In this document: piece after piece, positions 53,416 to 61,852 of the stretch | Layout of the letters: each line of letters begins with the position of its first letter | Numbering within the stretch: the stretch's first letter is position 1 | Origin: an uncultured Verrucomicrobiae bacterium | Lineage (GTDB): Bacteria; Verrucomicrobiota; Verrucomicrobiia; Chthoniobacterales; JAFAMB01 | Assembly (NCBI GenBank): GCA_963837955.1 | Contig: CAWIPH010000002.1 | Location: forward strand, 4,896,001 to 4,960,000 | Length of the DNA stretch: 64,000 nt | Reading direction: 5' to 3' | Notes under the pieces: generated by a model | Databases searched by the model: none | Told to the model about the DNA's origin: nothing | The model's input: the letters and a program-made list of their open reading frames with translations, nothing else | Translations under genes and position numbers: made by a program

Positions 53416-54968
53416 GGTCGGATATCCTGGTGAGTTGCGTGACCTGACGTCGGCAAATCTTTGTTGGCATGAACAGGTGCAACCGCTAGCCGCATCACCG
53501 CCTCTTCACTGAAGTCTTTAGCTTCTAGAATCCCCACGAGGGCGCCTTCTCGCATTACAGCGATCCGATCGCTGACCCCTAGAACCTCTTCCATGTCGCT
53601 GCTGATCATGAGGATAAACACCCCGCTGTCCGCCAGACTCCTCATCAATCGATAGATCTCCGCTTTGCTGCCGACATCGACGCCACGGGTCGGCTCGTCG
53701 AATATAATAAGCTTCGGGCTCAGCGAAAGCCATTTAGCGAGAACCAGTTTTTGTTGGTTGCCGCCGCTCAAATTTTTGGCCAGAGTTTCGCACGAAGCGG
53801 TTTTGATTGAGAGCCGTTTCCGCTGTTCCTCGGCTGTGCGCAATTCACTTCCGTACGAGATCACACCGAAGTTGGCGTAGCGCCACAGATCAGGGAGTGT
53901 AACGTTTTCCCGGAGTGCCATACTGGTAATTAATCCGTGCTTCCGACGGTCTTCCGGAACCAGATAAATACCGTGCGCGATGGCATCGCGAGGCGAATGA
54001 ATCCGGACGGCTTTCCCATCGATAACGATCTCTCCTCCGAGTGGTCGGACGATCCCAAAGACCGTCATGGCAAGCTCGGAACGGCCAGCGCCAACCAGAC
54101 CTGCCAGGCCGAGAATCTCGCCTTGGCGGATATTTAGGCTGATCGAGTGGCTGGGGAAAAACGGCGAGATTATGTCCCGAAACTCGATCCGCTTTTGCGG
54201 GTCGCCAAGGCGAGTTTCGGTCTTCTTCAGATCGATGTTTCGGCCAACCATGAGCCGGACCATGTTGTCATGATTGATTTCCGACTTTGGGAGCTGGCCC
54301 GAGTTCTTTCCATCCCGGAGACCTACGACGCGATCGGCACAGGCATTAACCTCCATCAGGCGATGGGAAATATAGATAACGCTGACCCCGGCCCTCTTTA
54401 ATTCGGCGATTAAACTAAATAGGCGGTTTGTCTCCGTGAGAGTCAAGGAGGAAGTCGGCTCGTCCATCACGATAATGCGGGCACTGGTCGAGAGCGCCTT
54501 GGCGATTTCGACGAGCTGCTGCTGCGCGATCGAGAGAGAACTGAGAGGGGTCCAGGGAGGAAGATTCAGACCGACTTTTTCAAGGTAACCGCGAGACTGT
54601 TCGGCAATCCTCTTTCGATCCACGAGGCGGAGGAATCCCCCAGAAAGCGGTTCGCGCCCCAAGAAAATGTTTCCGCCAATGTCGAGATTATCGAGATTGT
54701 TTAATTCCTGATGAATGAGGCTGACGCCCAGTTTCTGGGCGTCAGCAACATTACGGATTTGTATCTCTCGCCCATCGACTCGGATGATGCCTTCGTCGGC
54801 CTGGTAGACGCCGCCGAGTATTTTCATCAGCGTCGATTTCCCGGCGCCATTTTCACCGATCAGCGCGACCACCTCGCCGGGAGAAGCCGAAAGGTCGACA
54901 TCACTTAGCGCGACGACGCCCGGGAAACGCTTGCTGATTCCTTTGAGTTCGAGGATGGGTTCCGGCAC
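53412..54968 (-). CDS. Monosaccharide ABC transporter ATPase (RbsA-like)
   Basis: GENGAGKSTL, DEPTSSL, LSGGNQQK, DEPTRGVDVG. Confidence 0.95.
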   Translation of the reverse strand: MPEPILELKGISKRFPGVVALSDVDLSASPGEVVALIGENGAGKSTLMKILGGVYQADEGIIRVDGREIQIRNVADAQKLGVSLIHQELNNLDNLDIGGNIFLGREPLSGGFLRLVDRKRIAEQSRGYLEKVGLNLPPWTPLSSLSIAQQQLVEIAKALSTSARIIVMDEPTSSLTLTETNRLFSLIAELKRAGVSVIYISHRLMEVNACADRVVGLRDGKNSGQLPKSEINHDNMVRLMVGRNIDLKKTETRLGDPQKRIEFRDIISPFFPSHSISLNIRQGEILGLAGLVGAGRSELAMTVFGIVRPLGGEIVIDGKAVRIHSPRDAIAHGIYLVPEDRRKHGLITSMALRENVTLPDLWRYANFGVISYGSELRTAEEQRKRLSIKTASCETLAKNLSGGNQQKLVLAKWLSLSPKLIIFDEPTRGVDVGSKAEIYRLMRSLADSGVFILMISSDMEEVLGVSDRIAVMREGALVGILEAKDFSEEAVMRLAVAPVHANKDLPTSGHATHQDIRP

Positions 54969-54992
54969 AACGCACGCTGGTTTCTGCCCCGA

Positions 54993-55958
54993 TTAGTGTC
55001 CGCGAAGTTTCTTCAAATTAGCCCAAAACTCGTCGACATTGCTTTTATCGATCGCGCGGGTCGGAACTATGACTTGTTTGTTTTCGGGAATTTGTACGTC
55101 TTCGCTTCGCAACTTCTTGGCGAGGAGCAACGTGGATTGATGACCGAATTCATAAGGATTCTGCACGACTGTTGACTCGACAATTCCGTCTTTGATTCCT
55201 TGAAGCGTGTCGTCTTCTTCGTCGAACGTGACTACCTTCACTTTGCCGGATTTGCCGGCGGTCTTGACAGAGTTGACGATCGCCGGACCGTTATAGCTCC
55301 AGATGCCTACCAGGCAGGCAATATCAGGATATTTAACCAGCGTGTCTGCGACGTTTTGCCTCGCCCGAACTCGGTCCGTATCATCGGTGCGAACATCGAT
55401 GACAGAGACATTGGTCCCCTTCAAAACCTCTTCGAGCCCTTGAATTCTTTCTTTAGCATTCTGGGCGTCACGCTTACCGACGAAGATCATTATCTTGCCC
55501 CCATCCGGGATTGCCTTCTTTATCAGTCCGCCGGCCTGGCGACCCGCGTCGACATTACTGGTACCGACATAGAATGCTCGTTTGCTCGTCGCCGCATCGC
55601 TGTCAGTTGTTGAGATCAATGCCTTCTCGGTGCCGCGGTCGATCATTGCGGCTTGGTTTGCGGAATCAAGCGGACTTATAGCGATTCCGTCAGTCCCTTT
55701 GACCAGAAGATCATCAAAGATTCGAGTTTGCTCGGCGGGTGTCCCGTCAGGCACGAGCCGCACCTCGACGCTCACGTTTGGTACTTCTTGCGTCGCTTTC
55801 TCAGCTCCGGCCTTAACGTAAGTCCAGAAATCCGAGGCGCTGTTGGCAAGAATCGCGAGTTTAAGTGGTTTATCCGCTGCGGCGCATTGCGCGTTGGATA
55901 AGACGAATACCGGGCAAACGGCGAGCAGAAACGCAAAGAGCGGTTTTAGTTTTGTCAT
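54993..55958 (-). CDS. Monosaccharide ABC transporter substrate-binding protein
   Basis: Signal peptide; periplasmic binding fold (DGIAISP, DSDA, YVGTSN, VVQNPYEFG). Confidence 0.92.
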   Translation of the reverse strand: MTKLKPLFAFLLAVCPVFVLSNAQCAAADKPLKLAILANSASDFWTYVKAGAEKATQEVPNVSVEVRLVPDGTPAEQTRIFDDLLVKGTDGIAISPLDSANQAAMIDRGTEKALISTTDSDAATSKRAFYVGTSNVDAGRQAGGLIKKAIPDGGKIMIFVGKRDAQNAKERIQGLEEVLKGTNVSVIDVRTDDTDRVRARQNVADTLVKYPDIACLVGIWSYNGPAIVNSVKTAGKSGKVKVVTFDEEDDTLQGIKDGIVESTVVQNPYEFGHQSTLLLAKKLRSEDVQIPENKQVIVPTRAIDKSNVDEFWANLKKLRGH

Positions 55959-56309
55959 AGTGGGGGGAAGCATTAAGTCAGGCTGGTGGGCATCCGAGAT
56001 GTTCGGAATCCAGACGAGCCAAACGCGGCTCGCCCGGCCACTCGGTATCCTAGATAGTCGAGAGAACTTCTGCGTGCGAGATAAATATTCGCGGCCTGGC
56101 CAACTGTTCGATCATGTTTATTTCACGGATCAAAAAAAATCTGAAGGGCTCCATCCGGCGCAAACGCCAACTGTTTGGGTTGGTTCAGTGAGATGTTCTC
56201 GCCTGGAACTCATGTGAAACGGGGCGATGGCAATCCGCAGACTCCATTTCAGGAGGCCATATCATCACTCCATTAGCCTCCCCGACTTAGCGAGGGCTCA
56301 AGCGCCCCA

Positions 56310-56414
56310 ATGAGCAAATTCATTTTCCTCATGTTGCCCTTCCTGTTTTCGGGATGTGCTACCCCGCAGATTCAGCCGTTAACGGCTTCCTTTAACGCGG
56401 TGACGTGGGACTAA
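56310..56414 (+). CDS. Putative 34-aa lipoprotein (or truncated lipoprotein gene)
   Basis: Manual translation MSKFIFLMLPFLFSGCATPQIQPLTASFNAVTWD; lipobox FSGC. Confidence 0.4.
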   Translation: MSKFIFLMLPFLFSGCATPQIQPLTASFNAVTWD

Positions 56415-56468
56415 GGTCCTATAGCGCGACCAGGCGGCGGGCGATAGCCTACCCGGAACTTAGCGCAA

Positions 56469-57503
56469 ATGAATCGCATCAATAACACCGACGGACGCGC
56501 GGCGCGCCGCGCCCGGCTCACCAATGGGCTCGTGAATAATGAAGCCAAGTGGCTGGTCCCCAGCGGCTGCGGAGTGCAGCGGAAAATCAGCCGACGAGTC
56601 AAACCTCTGGCTAGTTGGGTCGCAACATGCGTTTTGCTTTTCAGTCCGTGCGTTCCGGTTCACGCAGGATTGCTAAAAGGGGATGTCGACTTCTCGAACT
56701 ATGATGCGCCGTTATTGCAGCAGATCGTCAACCGCATCAAGGCCAAGGTTGCAGCGCGCTTGGGGGAGGGCGTAAATAAACAGGACCGCTATTTTATTGT
56801 TCCTTTCGCTTACCAAAACAGATGGAATAACCCAAAGGTTTCGCACACGTTCATCTCGGTGATACGCGTGCTGGCCGACGGTAAGCAGCCCAGCCTCACA
56901 TCGGGATTCAGACGAGGGAGATACAAGAACCGAGATTTTGAAGCATTTACAATCAGCTGGTTGCCTCACGATTTTGATACTAATCCGCACCTGTGCGTTT
57001 TCGATGGCGTCGGCAGCCGCATTGTTCCGAAATGGAACAAATGTCCTGTCTCCGTCGGGAGAAGCTTCAAGCTGGAGGAGACGCTGAAGCTCGCGGTGGA
57101 TGACAAAAATGCCGTCGGCATGTGGGGACCCTACGAGATCAGGAAAGAGGCGTTTGATCTTGCCGTGAAACGGAAGCGGTTGCTCGACGGCGGAACTATC
57201 GGTTATAAAGCCGATGACCGCCTTTCTCGCAAGGATCGAGTCGCGATCAATTGTTTCCATGCGATCGCGGGGCTGGAAGAACTTTACCCTAACGGTGGAT
57301 TTCTTGGGACGGGATTTAGGATGTGGGGCATCAATGGCACCGCGCGAGTTCTGATCGAATACACCAAGAAGGTTCGTGACAAAGGCCTGATCCTCGAGCC
57401 GGTCGATATCAAGAAAGACCTCTACGGATTTGTGTACGCCCCCGAGCGGAACAGCCGTGGCCTCTTTGATCCTTTCCCGAACGCATCTGCGTACCATCAG
57501 TAA
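56469..57503 (+). CDS. Exported hypothetical protein, possibly a permuted papain-like enzyme (start uncertain)
   Basis: Signal-like segment ending VHA; SHTF, TISW, WGPYEI, Y...NCFHA motifs. Confidence 0.75.
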   Translation: MNRINNTDGRAARRARLTNGLVNNEAKWLVPSGCGVQRKISRRVKPLASWVATCVLLFSPCVPVHAGLLKGDVDFSNYDAPLLQQIVNRIKAKVAARLGEGVNKQDRYFIVPFAYQNRWNNPKVSHTFISVIRVLADGKQPSLTSGFRRGRYKNRDFEAFTISWLPHDFDTNPHLCVFDGVGSRIVPKWNKCPVSVGRSFKLEETLKLAVDDKNAVGMWGPYEIRKEAFDLAVKRKRLLDGGTIGYKADDRLSRKDRVAINCFHAIAGLEELYPNGGFLGTGFRMWGINGTARVLIEYTKKVRDKGLILEPVDIKKDLYGFVYAPERNSRGLFDPFPNASAYHQ

Positions 57504-57674
57504 TTAAACTGAGGATTCGGTCTTTCCTTGCCAGGCCCCCTTCGCGCCTTGGTCCGAACCTCGACAAGCGCCGGGCCGCATGGCGGCGGGGAACAACATT
57601 TACCTCGACGGATTGAGGACCAAAGCTGCCCGCCCCACGCCGCGCTGTCGAAAGAGCGCAGCTGCCCCTAAGCC

Positions 57675-58949
57675 TCAACGAGCGCCGACCCGGTCTGCTC
57701 CGCGTCTTTCCAAGAGTCGCGTCATATAGGCTTTCTCCAGCAGCTCGAATTGCTGGGCCGCCGCCTGTCCCGATAAAGAGAGATCCGGCTCCAACCCGTC
57801 ACCCATGCGCTCGATCTGCATACAGAACCATGGCACGAGATGGAAAACTTCGAGGGTCGCTTCCGGTGTGGGCGCCTTTTCGACCTCTCCGGCAATCAGC
57901 CGCCGGGCCACGGAAGGATCAGCTATGATCGGACGGCCAATTCCGATGAGGTCGAGTTCCTCTTTCTCCAGGGCTCCGACCATGCCACTCGCCGTTCTGA
58001 ACCCGCCGGTGACCATGACCGGCATGCGGGCCACAGCGCGGACGGCGCCCGCGAACTCGATGAAGTAAGCTTCCCGCTTGATGGTGCTTTCCGGCAGTCT
58101 GTCTTCGCCTTCGTCCTTGACAGATATACCGACGACCTTGGGCTGTTCCAGCGAGCCTCCAGATAATTCCAGCAAATCGAGCGTAGAGTCATTCAACCTG
58201 CGAACAAGCTCGATGCATTCGGCGTTGGTGAAGCCGCCCTTTTGGAAATCGGAGGAGTTCAATTTGATGCCGATCGGAAAATCAGAACCTACAGCGCCTC
58301 GAACTGCCTCTATGATCGCGAGCAGAAACCGCGATCGGCTCTCCAGTGGCCCTCCCCAGCGGTCGGTTCGACGATTGGAAAGCGGGCTGAGGAATTGCGA
58401 GATCAGATATCCGTGGGCGGCATGCAACTGGACGCCCGTGAAACCTGCGCGCCGGGCATATCGCGCTGCAAGAGCGAACTGATGGATGGTGTGGTCGATG
58501 TCCGCTTCCGTCATCTCACGGGGCTTGGCGAAGGTATAACCAAGACCGCGCGGCACATCGATATCCACCGCGGATGGTGAGAGCGGCGCGGGATTAATCG
58601 CGTCGCTGACTTGGCGTCCGCTATGACTGAGCTGAGCCCAGAAGTGGCTTCCGCCCGCCTTCCCCGCGGTAGCCACAGCGGCTAAAGCGGGCAAACCGGC
58701 CTCATCGTCGAGCACGACATTGCTCGGCCGCTCCAGATGCCACCGGTCGACTTGAAAGTTGCCGGTGAAAAGCAACCCCGCGCCGGAATTCGCCCAACGC
58801 CGATAGAGCGCTTCGAGCCGTGGCGTCGCATGATTGTTAGGATCGGCCAGCCCCTCGCTCATCGCCGCTTTTGCCAGGCGGTTCGGTAAGGTTGCGCCGC
58901 AACGAAGGTTCAGTGGAGTGTCGAGAATAGTCGTCATGTCAATGCTCAT
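57675..58949 (-). CDS. NADH:flavin oxidoreductase (Old Yellow Enzyme family)
   Basis: NRLAKAAMSE, QLSHSGRQ, QLHAAHGYLISQFLSP, RTDRWGG. Confidence 0.93.
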   Translation of the reverse strand: MSIDMTTILDTPLNLRCGATLPNRLAKAAMSEGLADPNNHATPRLEALYRRWANSGAGLLFTGNFQVDRWHLERPSNVVLDDEAGLPALAAVATAGKAGGSHFWAQLSHSGRQVSDAINPAPLSPSAVDIDVPRGLGYTFAKPREMTEADIDHTIHQFALAARYARRAGFTGVQLHAAHGYLISQFLSPLSNRRTDRWGGPLESRSRFLLAIIEAVRGAVGSDFPIGIKLNSSDFQKGGFTNAECIELVRRLNDSTLDLLELSGGSLEQPKVVGISVKDEGEDRLPESTIKREAYFIEFAGAVRAVARMPVMVTGGFRTASGMVGALEKEELDLIGIGRPIIADPSVARRLIAGEVEKAPTPEATLEVFHLVPWFCMQIERMGDGLEPDLSLSGQAAAQQFELLEKAYMTRLLERRGADRVGAR

Positions 58950-58965
58950 GTCTGTTGGGCACAAT

Positions 58966-59001
58966 AAATACCGAACGATTTTTAAATATCAAATGGTATT
59001 T
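58966..59001. promoter_or_regulatory. Tandem palindromic operator (probably bound by the divergent TetR)
   Basis: AAATACCgaacGATTTTT and AAATATCaaatGGTATTT, two adjacent 18-mers just upstream of the OYE start. Confidence 0.6.
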
Positions 59002-59395
59002 CAATTCATGTCTGGATCGAAGCGTAGATTCCTGGCCATCCTGTGGAACACGATCCAGGGCATCGCGACACCGGCCACGACTGGTTCGAACCAATTTGCT
59101 TGCTTTCTCTTTTCGCCGACCTGGCGCCTGTTCACCCGTTCATCACGGACTGTCCCGCGAAGGTATTGGTCCGCCATCTGGCCCTAATAAAAGACGTCAG
59201 TTATGCATGAACTAGTGATTCCAGACGGACGCGGAAGAAGCCGGAACGAATGCCGGGAACGAGATGTTGAGCGCGACAATGGAAGAGAGCGTGCGGGCGA
59301 ATGGGCGTGATTGTGCTGGTAGGGCTCGCGGATGAAGCATCCGAGCACCCATTCGGTACTTGAGTAATAATGGTATCCAAATTACAAAAAGTATC

Positions 59396-60055
59396 ATGGA
59401 CAAGCGGATCAGGCTCACCCGCGCAGAAAGCCACGCTCAGACTCGCGAGCGGTTGCTTGTTGCTGCGCGACAGGTTTTCGCCCGACATGGCTTTGGTGGC
59501 GCCTCCGTTGACATGATCGCCGCTGAAGCTGGCTACTCCAAGGGGGCCATCTACTCGAACTTCGAGACAAAGGAAGCGATCCTGTTCGAGTTGCTCGAGC
59601 GGTATGCCGAGGAGCAGATCGCCGACTTCAAGGCGATCATGCAACTCGACCCCGAAGCGACCCGCGACGCCTCCAACAAATGGCTCGATACAATGAACGC
59701 CGATGTGGATTGGGATGTTGTGACTATGGAGCTTCAACTCCATGCACGACGCAATCCGGAGTTTGCGGAGCGCTTCTACGCGCTGGAAGAGCGGCTCACC
59801 AATTTCTACGCCGACATCATCGCGGAGCGGTTCGCTCAGGCGGGACGCAAGCCTCCTCTTGATGCGCGATCCCTTTCGCTCGCCTTTCGCACGCTCGCTT
59901 GCAGTCTGAACTTGAAAATACCACGGTCAATGCCCGGTCGCGCCAACGAAGCCGGTCGTATAATTCATGAATTGATCGACCTGCTGCTTGAGTCCGACAG
60001 CGGGATGTCAGACTCTGCGCCGAGGAAGACGAAGGGTAAGGCGCACTCAAAGTAG
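59396..60055 (+). CDS. TetR/AcrR-family regulator
   Basis: HTH AARQVFARHGFGGASVDMIAAEAGYSKGAIYSNFETKE. Confidence 0.93.
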   Translation: MDKRIRLTRAESHAQTRERLLVAARQVFARHGFGGASVDMIAAEAGYSKGAIYSNFETKEAILFELLERYAEEQIADFKAIMQLDPEATRDASNKWLDTMNADVDWDVVTMELQLHARRNPEFAERFYALEERLTNFYADIIAERFAQAGRKPPLDARSLSLAFRTLACSLNLKIPRSMPGRANEAGRIIHELIDLLLESDSGMSDSAPRKTKGKAHSK

Positions 60056-60187
60056 CCGACGGAAAATGCGCACGATAGACGGTTCCTGAACAAGCGGGGC
60101 CTCGCTTGCAGTGTTGATGACCGCCAGCTCGGTGTCCCTTTCGGCCAAAGCTTTGTGGATGAGGCGAACTTTGCCGACCAACTGCGG

Positions 60188-60658
60188 TCAGAGCTCAATC
60201 CACTCGGTGAATAAAGCCGCTACTCCGTTGCGCCGGGATTTCAGTTGGTCGTAGTAATCCGACCACTGGCTAATTTTCCCATTCTTTATCCGCACGACCG
60301 ATATGCCTTGTACGCAAATTGGTACTTTTCGCAGACGCCCGCCCAGAAAAGGTTCAGCCTGGGTGGCCGTAAGCGTCCATTCACTAATGACGTGGTCTCC
60401 GCTGCTGAAGATGCTGTTGTCCCTTCTTTCGGAATCGGGGAAGCGTTCACGTATCTTTACCAAGAATTCGGTCAAGCGCTCCTTGTCTTTAAAATCGAGT
60501 CCGAGCGCGTGGTCGGTGAATGTGAATTGGTCGTTAAACTGATCTACGACTTCAACAAAGTTGCCCACTCTCCAGGCTGCTAAAGCGGTTTGCAGAATCC
60601 GGTCAGAGGTAGTCACTTCAACCGAAGCATTATCAAAAACGGTACTGTGTGTGTTCAT
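60188..60658 (-). CDS. SnoaL-like/NTF2-fold protein
   Basis: FTDHALG, FPD, SGDHVISEWTL, GISVVRIKNGKISQWSDYYD. Confidence 0.85.
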   Translation of the reverse strand: MNTHSTVFDNASVEVTTSDRILQTALAAWRVGNFVEVVDQFNDQFTFTDHALGLDFKDKERLTEFLVKIRERFPDSERRDNSIFSSGDHVISEWTLTATQAEPFLGGRLRKVPICVQGISVVRIKNGKISQWSDYYDQLKSRRNGVAALFTEWIEL

Positions 60659-60664
60659 TGCATT

Positions 60665-61025
60665 CATTGGTCTTCATAAATCTGCGTTCTCCCGCAGACA
60701 TTCATTGAAGACGTTGTGATTCTCTTGGAGCTTCCTGCGGTTCTTTGGTAGAAAACTGCTCTCAGAACAAACGAAGGCTTTGAACGGCTCGGCGCTGACC
60801 CGGGCCGTGGCAGACCGCGAACAAGATAGCCGGAACTGTTCGGCTGAGATCAGGACTCGGCGAGCTCAGTCGAGCCGTCGAAGCCAAAGTGATTGGTGAT
60901 TGGGTGAAAATCTCGCTGCAAATCAAGATTCCCACCAGTTCCAGTGCAAAGTGAAGAGGGGGAACTTTCGATGCTTGATTGATTCAGCTAGCCCGCGCTT
61001 ACGTTCGTTTCGCCACAAAACATTC
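60665..61025 (-). repeat. Copy A of the duplicated upstream module (similar to 63478-63709), with a ~150-bp insertion
   Basis: Shared blocks CATTGGTCTTCATAAATCTGCGTT...GGTTCTTTGGTAGA...TTTGAACGGCTCGGCGCT...CGATGCTTGATTGAT...GCTTACGTTCG. Confidence 0.9.
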
Positions 61026-61081
61026 GGCGTGTGGTGACCCCATGTTGGCTTCGCTCTTTGCAGAGTTGATCTAACCAAGTG

Positions 61082-61561
61082 CTATTTAACCGCGAGCGGC
61101 TGTCTTTTGTTCTGCGAGGCATTCCGAACGGCGATACCCATCACCTCGAAGTGTGCACCGAAGAGGAGATCCTTCACGCCGATGAAATCGCGGGCAGGAT
61201 AGGGACTCTTTAAAGTTGAGGCATACGCCTTGTTGAAGGCGCCATATAGCTTCAGATCGGTGCAATAGATCTCCACATACACGAGATCGTCCATGCTCAT
61301 ACCGGCCTCTTTCAGCGTCAGCTCGACCGAGTGAAGGACCTGTCGGGCCTCCTCCTCAGGATCGTCTGGAGCTTTGCCGACGGCTGGGTCGACACCCAGA
61401 TGGCCGCTGACGTAAAGAGTATCCCCAAGCTCCAGTCCAGGACTGAAGGGTAGTTTGGCAACGCTTTTGGCAGACATCGTGGTCGGCTGTTGCCCAAGGG
61501 AGACTGTGGGAGTGAGCAACGCAAATATAGAAAGAAGGGGAACAATCAAAAAACGTTTCAA
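61082..61561 (-). CDS. RidA/YjgF-family protein with a signal peptide
   Basis: PFSPG, TLYVSGHLG, FNKAY, YPARDF, FEV; TTG 61561 begins LKRFLIVPLLSIFALL. Confidence 0.85.
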   Translation of the reverse strand: MKRFLIVPLLSIFALLTPTVSLGQQPTTMSAKSVAKLPFSPGLELGDTLYVSGHLGVDPAVGKAPDDPEEEARQVLHSVELTLKEAGMSMDDLVYVEIYCTDLKLYGAFNKAYASTLKSPYPARDFIGVKDLLFGAHFEVMGIAVRNASQNKRQPLAVK

Positions 61562-61609
61562 CCAATAACTCTCGGTTGATAAAAAGGCGACCCTCGAGGA
61601 ATTCCACGA

Positions 61610-61795
61610 TGCGACGTCTCCTCCCCCGCAGCCAACGTCGAGCGCATGATGGGCGAATGTGAACCGGTCGTTAATCTGATCGGCAACTTCAACCAAGTTG
61701 CCTTGTTTCCATGTTGCTAAAGCGGTTTGCAGAATCCGGAGAGCGGCAGTGGCTTCGGCCGTTTCGTTGTTGAGAACCCGATTGTGGGTGTTCAT
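61610..61795 (-). pseudogene. Truncated SnoaL-like paralog joined to a methyltransferase motif-I fragment
   Basis: MNTH...RILQTALA.W..GN.VEV.DQ.ND.FTF..HAL matches the N-terminus of the 60188 gene, followed by DVGCGGGDV. Confidence 0.75.
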
Positions 61796-61852
61796 TGCAA
61801 TCTACTCTTTCTTCTGCCGTCTGGTGGTTTCGTCTAACTGTGACGTTTTTGT

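Noticed and set aside
59212..59418. 68-aa hydrophobic ORF divergent from tetR
   Set aside because: It overlaps the tetR start and promoter region and has no recognisable family.
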